From assembly GCA_963719495.1 (NCBI GenBank), contig CAVRCI010000014.1, positions 128,001 to 192,000 of the forward strand: a DNA stretch of 64,000 nt. Reading direction: 5' to 3'. Both the position numbers and the translations under genes were made by a program. Positions 56,010 to 64,000 of the stretch are shown in pieces (the stretch's first letter is position 1; every line of letters begins with the position of its first letter). The DNA is from an uncultured Verrucomicrobiae bacterium (GTDB lineage Bacteria > Verrucomicrobiota > Verrucomicrobiia > Chthoniobacterales > JAATET01). Below the pieces are notes generated by a model that was not told the DNA's origin, ran no database searches, and worked only from the letters and a program-made list of their open reading frames with translations.

Positions 56010-58240
56010 GCACGAATCGTGCACGAAATGGGGTGATTTCGCAATCGACGGTGTGGTGGGCGGCTTTGCGTGGCTGGTGATTGAAAGGGGTCCAAAGCGT
56101 ATTGGGCCAGCTTATGCCACCATCTCCAACAAAGTTGACTTTGCTCGGATCAAGTAGAATCGGCTTCCAGCCGATTGAGGTTGGTTTATCGGCTGGAAGC
56201 CGATGTCACGAACTTCGGAATTTGTTTAATTTCACACGCGTCAATGGGTTCGGCGGTTCCACTCAGAATCGACTTTGATGGAGCGCGGGTGAGGAAGCCA
56301 GAGATGCTTCGCTTCGCTCAGCATGACAGGGTGGGGATTTTGGACGACGCGTCCGGCCTTGCCGGTCGAGCGATTGAAAGCTCGGACGCCGTTCGTTGTG
56401 GCGGCTCCGCCTTCACCCATAATCTAAACTCAGGAGCTTTGGGCTCTCTGCCTCAGCGGGGATATTCTCATTTGCAGCGGGATGGAAAGTGGCTCGCTTC
56501 GCTCGGTTTTGGAACGGGCACCGGGCTGGAAGCCCGGCGCGACAGGCAGGATGCCTGTTTTCCCCATCCCCTCCTTTATGGGAGGGGGTAGTATTTTTCC
56601 CAGAAGCCTTCGCGGGTTAGCTTGGGGAACTTGGCGGCGGTTTCTTCGGGGACTTGGAGCGGGACGCCGATGATGAGGTCGGGGTAGACGTTGCCGAGCG
56701 GGCCGACGAAGGGGCCGGTCGCACTGAGGCGTTGGGCCAGGTCGGTGCCGGGGAGGACGGTGCCGACGAGGTCGGCGGGGGGGACGACGGTGCCGTCGGG
56801 GAGGGCGTTGCGGACGGCGTGGGCCTGGAGGGCGGCTTCGAGGGTGCGGAGTTCTTCGAGGGTGGCGTCGGCTTTGCCTCGTTCGAGGGCTTGGTTGATG
56901 GCGGGGACGGCGGTGCCGGCCAGGAGGGCGGTGGGGATGAGCGCGAGGGTGGCCACGACTTGCTCGGTGCCTTGGCTGGAGTAGGTGACGGCGTGGAGGC
57001 CGTCGGCTTTGAGCCGGGTGACGGAATAGAGGAATTTCTGCGAGTAGACGTCGGTGAATTCGGTCAGGAGATCGCGGGTGGCGGGTGCTTCCGCCGGGTC
57101 GCCGGGGGCGGAGATCATTTGGATCTCGCGGAGGATGTCGGCTCCTCGCTCGGAGAGGTAGGTGAAGGCGTTGCCTTCCGGCGGCTCCATTTTGCTGAAT
57201 CGCTGGAAGGTGGGGTCGTCGCGGAGGAGGGGTGGGGGATTTTCGCCGACTCGGGCGAGGTTGCGGACGAGGTCGGGGGTGGTGGCGATGACGAGATACT
57301 CGCCGAATCGGGCGACGGTGGGGGCGAGTCCGAGGCCGAAGTCGGGGGTGGCGATGGTGGTCATTCGGAGGCCGTCGGCGTCGGTCTTCGTGAAGGGCAT
57401 GGTGGCCGCGAGGAAGGGTTCGGCGCGGGCGATGAGGGCGTCGTGGAGGCGGTCGTCGGTGACGTGGATGAGGATGGCGGCGGCGGACGCGGGAATTTCC
57501 TTGGTCAGGCCGGGGAGAGGGAGGGTCATCGTGGCGGTGGGGTCGGCGGTGATGACGACACCGAATTCGTTGCCGAGGGCGGCCAGGAATTCTTTGACGC
57601 TCATGCCGAGGGCGGCTCCGGCGGTGGCGGGAAGGAGCTGGGCCTGGGCGCGCATTTGGGCGCTGGGAAGTCCTTCGATGAGTTCGTTGATGAAGGTCCA
57701 GATGGTGTCGGGTTCGAAGTCGGTGAAGCTGGCGTAGGCGGTGGTGGCGGTGAGGAAGTCGAGGGCGGTGAAGGGGTGCGGGGCGGGTTGGCCGCCGAGA
57801 CGCCAGAGGAGGCCGCGGTCGGGCGCGTCGCCGCTGTAGAAGATGAACTTCGAGCGGACGAGGCCGGGTTCGAGGGTGAGGATGCTCCAACCGATGGCGC
57901 GGAGGTCGGTGACGCCGCTTTCGAGGACGGTCTTTTTTACGAGGCCGAACCAGGCGTCGAAGTCTTCGGGGGTGATCTCGACGGAATTTTCCTGGAGAGC
58001 GGCCAGGAGGGTGGGCTCGAGGCGGTCGAGTTCGGCGGGGAGGCGGCCGAGGATTTGTTCGGTGCGGAGGTAGGCGTAGAAGTCGCCGCCTGGGTCGAGG
58101 GAAGCGGCGACGGCTTCGAAGGTGGCGGCGGAGGCGGGGTTGGGTGGGGTGGTGGTGGTTTTTGCCGCTGGCTGGTTGGTTTCCGGCGGGGGTGTCGAGG
58201 TGGGTTGTTTTTGGTCGCAGGCGGTTAGGGTGATGAGGGC

Positions 58241-59503
58241 CAGGGCCGACGCATCAAAAAAGATCGCGATGGAGGAAGTTTGGGCTGGTACTATATTTTC
58301 CCGTGCGTAGATGGAGGAGATGCCCGAAACGCATCCCATCCAAAAAAGCCTGATCGAAGAGTTCAAACGCATAGAAGATCCGCGAGTATCGCGCACTCGC
58401 TACCATGAGTTGAGCGACATTCTAGTGATCGCGATCTCGACGCTTTTGTGCGCGGGCACGTCTTTCTACGACATGGAAGAGTTCGGTCGGGCCAAGGAAA
58501 AATGGTTCCGAACGTTTCTGAAGTTGCCCAACGGCATCCCCAGCCACGACACGTTCAATCGCGTGTTTTCGCTGATCAATCCGGCGAGTTTTCACGAGTG
58601 CTTCATGAGGTGGACGCAGAGCGTGCGCGAACACATCGACCGGGAAATCGTCGCCGTCGACGGCAAAGCCCTCCGCGCAGCCTGCCAGGACGGCGGGAAT
58701 GTGCGCTTCATCGTCAATGCTTGGGCAACCAGCAATCGACTTGTCCTGGGGCAGCTCGAAGTGCCCGACAAAACCAACGAAATCACGGCGGTTCCCACGC
58801 TGCTGCGAGCGTTGGAACTGCGTGGCTGCATCGTGAGCACCGACGCGATGGGGTGCCAGAAAGAGATCGCCCGAGAAATCATCGAGGCCGACGCCGATTA
58901 CGTTCTCGCTCTCAAAGGCAATCACCAAACCGTCCATGAGGAAGTCAAAAGCTTCCTCGATGCCGAATTTGATCGCGAGCTCCAGAGCCCTCCAGTGCCC
59001 AAACCATCCACGAAGAAACCACCAAGCGCTCCCACTTTCGCATTCCTGGAAACCGTCGACAAAGGCCACGGGCGCTTGGAAATCCGGCGCTATTTCCAAA
59101 GCGTCGCCATCGACTGGTTCGCAGACATCAGCCAATGGGAAGGGCTGCAGAGCGTCGGAATGGTCGAATCCAGCCGCGAAATCAAAGGTCAAATCAGCGT
59201 GGAAAGACGCTACTTCCTGAGCAGCCTGCCCCTCGACGTCGGACTTTTCGCTCAAGCCGTCCGTGGACATTGGGGCGTGGAAAACTCCTGCCACTGGGTC
59301 TTGGACGTCATCCTGCGCGAAGATGGTTCCCGCGCCCGAACCGCTCACGCCGCCGAGAATCTCGCCACCCTGCGCCGCCTCGCCCTAAACCTGCTCTCTC
59401 GCGAAAAGTCCAAAAAACGCAGCATCAAGACCAAACAACTCGTCGCAGCCTGGGATCACGACTTCCTCCTGCACCTCCTCAATTTTTAGATGCGTCGGCC
59501 CTG
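58241..59503 (+). mobile_element. ISAs1-family IS
   Basis: TIR CAGGGCCGACGCATC; 10-bp TSD TGATGAGGGC at 58231-40 and 59504-13. Confidence 0.95.
58311..59489 (+). CDS. ISAs1 transposase
   Basis: DPR, GIPSHDTF, AVDGK, DAMGCQ, HGRLE.R, HWGVEN..HWVLDV. Confidence 0.96.
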   Translation: MEEMPETHPIQKSLIEEFKRIEDPRVSRTRYHELSDILVIAISTLLCAGTSFYDMEEFGRAKEKWFRTFLKLPNGIPSHDTFNRVFSLINPASFHECFMRWTQSVREHIDREIVAVDGKALRAACQDGGNVRFIVNAWATSNRLVLGQLEVPDKTNEITAVPTLLRALELRGCIVSTDAMGCQKEIAREIIEADADYVLALKGNHQTVHEEVKSFLDAEFDRELQSPPVPKPSTKKPPSAPTFAFLETVDKGHGRLEIRRYFQSVAIDWFADISQWEGLQSVGMVESSREIKGQISVERRYFLSSLPLDVGLFAQAVRGHWGVENSCHWVLDVILREDGSRARTAHAAENLATLRRLALNLLSREKSKKRSIKTKQLVAAWDHDFLLHLLNF

Positions 59504-59763
59504 TGATGAGGGCTGTTGCCAGGAGGAGGGTTTGGGGTTTCATGGGCTTGCTGGTGAGATGAAGGTTTGAGGCTTTGCCTTCGAGTTGGTGCGGCGATTG
59601 GAAATCGCCGCTCCTTGAAGTTCGGCTCCTCGGCTTCGCCGAGGTTGCCGGACTTCGGCAACTGGAAGGTGCCGCTCCTTGGTTGCTTCGGCTCGCTTCG
59701 CATTGCCGGGCTTGATGCGGCGGGACGCCGCATCTCGCACGCGGGACGCGTGCGTTCCCCGGC

Positions 59764-61569
59764 TTAGCGGGTTTTTTCTGTCAGGTAGGTTGGGAGGTCT
59801 TCGATTTTGATGCGTTCCTGGGCCATGGTGTCGCGGTGGCGGAGGGTGACGGTGCCTTCGTGCTCCGGCCCGTTTTCGCCGATGGTGTCGAAGTCGATGG
59901 TGACGCCGAAGGGGGTGCCGGCTTCGTCCTGGCGGCGGTAACGGCGGCCGATGGCGCCGGTTTCGTCGTAGAAGATGTTCATGATGGGGCGCAGGAGGGC
60001 GGCGACTTCTTTGGCTTTGGCCACGAGGTCGGGCTTGTTCTTGAGCAGCGGGAAGACGCCGCATTTGATGGGGGCGACGCGGGGGTGGAATCGGAGGACG
60101 GTGCGGGTCTCGGATTTGCCTTTGTCGTCGGTGATGGTCTCTTCGTCGTAGGCGGTGGCAAGTATGGCGAGGGCGAGGCGGTCGAGTCCGGCGGAGGGTT
60201 CGATGACGTGGGGGAGGTAGTTGCCGGCGAAGAGTTGCTGGCAGGCGGCTGTGATTTCTTCGCGGGTGGTGTCGGAGTTCGACCGGTCTTCGAAGAGGTC
60301 GTCGATGAATTCGGACTTTTGGTCTTCGGTGAGGGCGGCGCAGGCGATTTTGAGATCTTCGTCGAAGATGGTGAGGGGCTTGCCGCTGTGGTGTTGGTGC
60401 TGGCGGAGGTCGAAGTCGCCGCGGGCGGCGATCCCTTCGAGTTCGTCGGTGCCGAACGGAAATTTGAAGAGGATGTCGACGGTGGCGCGGGCGTAGTGGG
60501 CGAGCTCGTCGGGGGTCTGCCAGGCGTAGTCGAGGACGTCGGCGCCGAGGCCGATGGACTCGTAGTAGGCGGTGCGCTGGGCGACCCAGTAGCGGTGCCA
60601 CATGTCCCAGCCCCAGGTGGGTTTCGGCTCGGAGAGGTCAGCTCCTTCGCGCCAGGTGTCGACGGTGCCGTGCAGGAGTCGGGTGGCTTCGTCGGGCTTG
60701 ATGAAGAACTCGAGCTCCATCTGCTCGAATTCGCGGGAACGGAACGTGAAGTTGCGGGGGGTGATCTCGTTGCGGAAGGCTTTGCCGATCTGGGCGATGC
60801 CGAAGGGGACGCGGACTCGCGAGGAGTCGTAGACGTTTTTGAATTGGACGAAGATGGCCTGGGCGGTCTCCGGGCGGAGGTAGGCCGCGTTGTCGTCCGA
60901 GGCGACGGCTCCGTAGTTCGTCTTGAACATGAGGTTGAACGGGCGGGGTTCGGTGAGTTCTCCGCCGCAGAAGGGGCAGGGCGTGATGAGGCCGGTGGCG
61001 GCGAGTTGCTCGGTGGCGAGGTGGAGGTAGAATTCGCGGGCGTCGGCGGGGCGGTTGCCTCGCTCGGCTTCCTGGACGAGCCAGGCGATCGTGACTTCGG
61101 GGTTGCGGACGAGGGCGAGGTTCGGGGCGAGCTGTTTGCCTTTGCCTTTGGCCCATTTGAGGAGGTCGCCGGTGTGGAATTCGTGACTGCCGGGCGTGAC
61201 GATCTCGGCGAGGGATTGCGCCCACGGTTGTTCGGCCAGGAGGGACCACCATTGATCGGAACGGGTGAGCTTTTTGCAATATTTGCAGGTGCTCATGGGG
61301 TCGCTGAAGGTGTCGACGTGCCCGCTGGCCTTCCAGACGTCGGGGTGCATGATGATGGTGGCGTCGAGGGGGAGGACGTCGTCGCGTTCGCGCATCATGG
61401 CGTGCCACCAGGTGTCGCGGAGGTTGCGTTTGAGTTCGGCGCCGAGGGGGCCGTAGTCCCAGAAGCCGTTGATGCCGCCGTAGATCTCGGAGGATTGGAA
61501 GATGAAGCCGCGGCGCTTGGCGAGGCTGACGATTTTCTCCATGCGGTCGGGTTGGGTGGCTTTGGACAT
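59764..61569 (-). CDS. glyQS: Glycine--tRNA ligase (alpha2 type)
   Basis: SSEIYGG..GFWDYGP, LRPETAQ, FRNEITP, REFEQME, VIEPSAG. Confidence 0.95.
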   Translation of the reverse strand: MSKATQPDRMEKIVSLAKRRGFIFQSSEIYGGINGFWDYGPLGAELKRNLRDTWWHAMMRERDDVLPLDATIIMHPDVWKASGHVDTFSDPMSTCKYCKKLTRSDQWWSLLAEQPWAQSLAEIVTPGSHEFHTGDLLKWAKGKGKQLAPNLALVRNPEVTIAWLVQEAERGNRPADAREFYLHLATEQLAATGLITPCPFCGGELTEPRPFNLMFKTNYGAVASDDNAAYLRPETAQAIFVQFKNVYDSSRVRVPFGIAQIGKAFRNEITPRNFTFRSREFEQMELEFFIKPDEATRLLHGTVDTWREGADLSEPKPTWGWDMWHRYWVAQRTAYYESIGLGADVLDYAWQTPDELAHYARATVDILFKFPFGTDELEGIAARGDFDLRQHQHHSGKPLTIFDEDLKIACAALTEDQKSEFIDDLFEDRSNSDTTREEITAACQQLFAGNYLPHVIEPSAGLDRLALAILATAYDEETITDDKGKSETRTVLRFHPRVAPIKCGVFPLLKNKPDLVAKAKEVAALLRPIMNIFYDETGAIGRRYRRQDEAGTPFGVTIDFDTIGENGPEHEGTVTLRHRDTMAQERIKIEDLPTYLTEKTR

Positions 61570-61768
61570 CGGTTCGTTTTAAATGAGAAATTGGAAATGC
61601 GGAATGCGGAATGCGGTGACTTCGACCGCGGGTTTTTTTTCGCGGGGTATCGGGGGTCTTTTTGTTGGGGGGCGTCAGTTCTTACCAAAAATGGGCGCCC
61701 GGCGGCGCGGTTGACCTACCCTTTTTTTGGATGCGCGCTTTGCGCGGGGTGGGTGGTAGGTCTTGACG

Positions 61769-63160
61769 ATGCCTCTTCACCAGAAACATCCCGCGCCCGC
61801 CGATGAGAACGATGACGTCTACGGTTCGACCGATCAGGGTCTGACCGTTCCGAAGGCGAAATTTCCGTTGGAGGAGCGGGATCCGCGGCACGCTTACCAG
61901 GTGGTGCACGATGAGCTGATGCTGGACGGGAACGCGCGGCAGAATCTGGCGACCTTCTGCCAGACGTGGGAGGAGCCGGAGGTGCATCGGCTGATGGACG
62001 AGTGCCTGGACAAGAACATGGTCGACAAGGACGAGTATCCGCAGACGGCGGAGATCGAGGCGCGGTGCGTGCGGATGCTGGCGGATCTGTGGAACTCGCC
62101 GGCGGCGGTGACGGGGGTGGGGTGCTCGACGACGGGGTCGAGCGAGGCGGCGATGCTGGGTGGCATGGCGATGAAGCGGCGGTGGGAGGCGAAGCGGAAG
62201 GCGGCGGGGCAACCGATCGAGCGGCCAAATCTGGTGACCGGGCCGGTGCAGGTGTGCTGGCACAAATTTGCCCGGTATTGGGACATCGAGCTGCGGGAGA
62301 TCCCGATGGAGGAGGGGCGGCTGATCATGACGGCGGAGGAGGCGGTGAAGCGGTGCGACGAGAATACGATTGGCGTGGTGCCGACGCTGGGCGTGACGTT
62401 TACGTGCCAATATGAGCCGGTGGCGGAGGTGGCGGCGGCGCTGGATCGGCTGGAGGCGGAGACGGGGTTGGACGTGCCGATCCACGTCGACGGGGCGAGC
62501 GGGGGATTTTTGGCACCGTTCTGCGCTCCGGAGGTGGTGTGGGATTTTCGGCTGCCGCGGGTGAAGTCGATCAACGCGTCGGGTCACAAGTTCGGCCTGT
62601 CGCCGCTGGGGGTGGGCTGGATCGTGTGGCGGGAGGAGGCGGATCTGCCGGAGGAGCTGATCTTCTGGGTGAATTACCTCGGTGGGAACATGCGGGACAT
62701 CGCGCTGAATTTCTCGCGGCCGGGCGGGCAGGTGGTGGCTCAGTATTACAACTTCCTGCGGCTGGGCGTGGAGGGGTATCGGAAGATTCACTCGGCGTGC
62801 TACGAGACGGCGCAATTCCTGGCGGTGGAGATCGGGAAGCTGGGGCCGTTCGAGATCATTTACGACGGGCGGATGGACGCGGGCATTCCGGCGCTGTGCT
62901 GGCATTTGAAGGGCGATCCGGGATTCACGCTTTACGACGTGGCGGATCGGCTGCGATGCCGGGGTTGGCAGGTGCCGGCCTACACGCTGCCGGCGAATTG
63001 CGCGGATCGGACGATTCAGCGGATCCTCGTGCGGCACGGGGTGAGTCGGGATCTGGGCGCGCTGTTGCTCGGTGATCTGCGGGATGCTCTGGAGCATCTC
63101 GCGAAGCATCCGGTGCGGACGTCGGTCGGGCCGAAGGATGGCGGGGGATTTCACCACTGA
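61769..63160 (+). CDS. gadB: Glutamate decarboxylase
   Basis: [34 protein letters not shown] (PLP lysine). Confidence 0.93.
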   Translation: MPLHQKHPAPADENDDVYGSTDQGLTVPKAKFPLEERDPRHAYQVVHDELMLDGNARQNLATFCQTWEEPEVHRLMDECLDKNMVDKDEYPQTAEIEARCVRMLADLWNSPAAVTGVGCSTTGSSEAAMLGGMAMKRRWEAKRKAAGQPIERPNLVTGPVQVCWHKFARYWDIELREIPMEEGRLIMTAEEAVKRCDENTIGVVPTLGVTFTCQYEPVAEVAAALDRLEAETGLDVPIHVDGASGGFLAPFCAPEVVWDFRLPRVKSINASGHKFGLSPLGVGWIVWREEADLPEELIFWVNYLGGNMRDIALNFSRPGGQVVAQYYNFLRLGVEGYRKIHSACYETAQFLAVEIGKLGPFEIIYDGRMDAGIPALCWHLKGDPGFTLYDVADRLRCRGWQVPAYTLPANCADRTIQRILVRHGVSRDLGALLLGDLRDALEHLAKHPVRTSVGPKDGGGFHH

Positions 63161-63239
63161 TTTTGGGTTGCGTCCCGAGGCGTAGAGGAATGCCCGATGT
63201 TTCCGGTTAGGGGTTGACTCCCTCGTGGGCGTGGCTTTG

Positions 63240-64000
63240 ATGGCGCGCGGAATGGGGGGTGCATTGGTGAGGTGCAAAATTTGGGGGTTGACGGCGTTGC
63301 TGCTGTCGGGCGTGGCGTCGGCTTCGTTGACGGCGGCGACTTTGAAATTTCGTGACGGCAGCGTGATGAAGGACGTCGAGATCGTGACGCGGACGGAGGA
63401 TGGGATCACGGTGAAGGTCAACGCGGGGATCATCCGTTTTCCGCTGACGGCGCTCGAGGCGATCGACGGGAGACGGGCGGAGCCTCGGGCGGAGGTCGCC
63501 GCGAGCGAGGAAATGGTCGCGGCGGTGCCGGAGCCTGAGCCCGCGGCGGAACCGGATCTGTCGATGGTGGCGGCGGATTCCGAGCCGACTCCCGATCCGT
63601 GGGTGGTCGAGCCGGATCTCCCGACGTCGGACGGCGCGGATGACGGCGGGGCCGGGGATGCGACGACGATGATCGATGCGGGGGATTCGGGTCGCTCCGT
63701 GGCCGCTGGCCGGTGGAGCTTTGCCCTCGTGCTGCTGGGAATCCTCGTGGGTGGCGGGTTGTGGATGCGGTGCGTGCAGGCGGTGCAGAAGAACGTGTGG
63801 AAACGGGCCGGCGACGGACGCGGGTGGGCGTTGGTCGCGTTGGTTCTGCCGCTGGTCGGGGCGGGGATTTATTTTGCGTGGCGGGGGCTCGTCGCGATCT
63901 TCCCGGGGTCGAAGAAGCGGAAAAAAAAGAGCGCGCCGCCCGCGGAGGATCCGGCGCAGGGAATGCGCCTGAGCGGCACCGGATTGTCGTGGAAGGATCG
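63240..64000 (+). CDS. Partial secreted/membrane protein (signal-like N-terminus, acidic linker, two TM segments), runs off the right edge
   Basis: Hand translation open from ATG 63240 to the window end (…LLLSGVASASLTAATLKFRDG…WSFALVLLGILV…WALVALVLPLVG…); start uncertain. Confidence 0.6.
   Translation, partial: MARGMGGALVRCKIWGLTALLLSGVASASLTAATLKFRDGSVMKDVEIVTRTEDGITVKVNAGIIRFPLTALEAIDGRRAEPRAEVAASEEMVAAVPEPEPAAEPDLSMVAADSEPTPDPWVVEPDLPTSDGADDGGAGDATTMIDAGDSGRSVAAGRWSFALVLLGILVGGGLWMRCVQAVQKNVWKRAGDGRGWALVALVLPLVGAGIYFAWRGLVAIFPGSKKRKKKSAPPAEDPAQGMRLSGTGLSWKD

Larger units (their letters stand above)
56576..59543 (-). pseudogene. Lipoprotein (DUF3352-like body with pilin-like helix near the C-terminus), signal peptide split by ISAs1
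   Basis: Removing the IS and one TSD restores MKPQTLLLATALITLTA|CDQ (lipobox LTAC), in frame with 56576-58240. Confidence 0.8.

Noticed and set aside
61570..61768. T-box riboswitch upstream of glyQS
   Set aside because: No GGTGG-ACC T-box motif is visible, only a short hairpin and a heptamer repeat.
61682..63433. 583-aa minus-strand ORF and similar R/P/H-rich ORFs across the window
   Set aside because: Antisense or alternate-frame shadows of well-supported genes such as gadB.

Overview
High-GC bacterial chromosomal window, probably Verrucomicrobia/PVC (inferred from the PEP-CTERM protein, alpha2-type GlyRS, the GyrA 'HGDQAIYPT' motif and the repeat styles). Core genes are gyrB, gyrA, aroC, gatB, argF, ppaC, thiD, glyQS and gadB, alongside several sensor kinases, a VapBC pair and an unsaturated-uronate catabolic operon (GH88, cupin, Gfo/Idh/MocA, SDR, eda, kdgK). 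Three intact IS elements (IS630, ISKra4-like, ISAs1) and one transposase remnant are present. The standout region is a type I restriction-modification locus at about 42.8-55.5 kb. Its hsdS-hsdR interval holds a tandem series of defence-like genes separated by repeated copies of the hsdR 5' end and hsdS 3' end, like a cassette array. The cargo includes a deaminase-HATPase-HTH fusion followed by a 62-bp-phased repeat. hsdM is split by an IS, and all three hsd genes carry in-frame palindromic inserts. At the left edge, one ORF missing from the ORF track joins a complete PEP-CTERM protein in frame to a second signal peptide and a second secreted domain, suggesting a polyprotein. Family assignments come from motif recognition by eye, not database searches.
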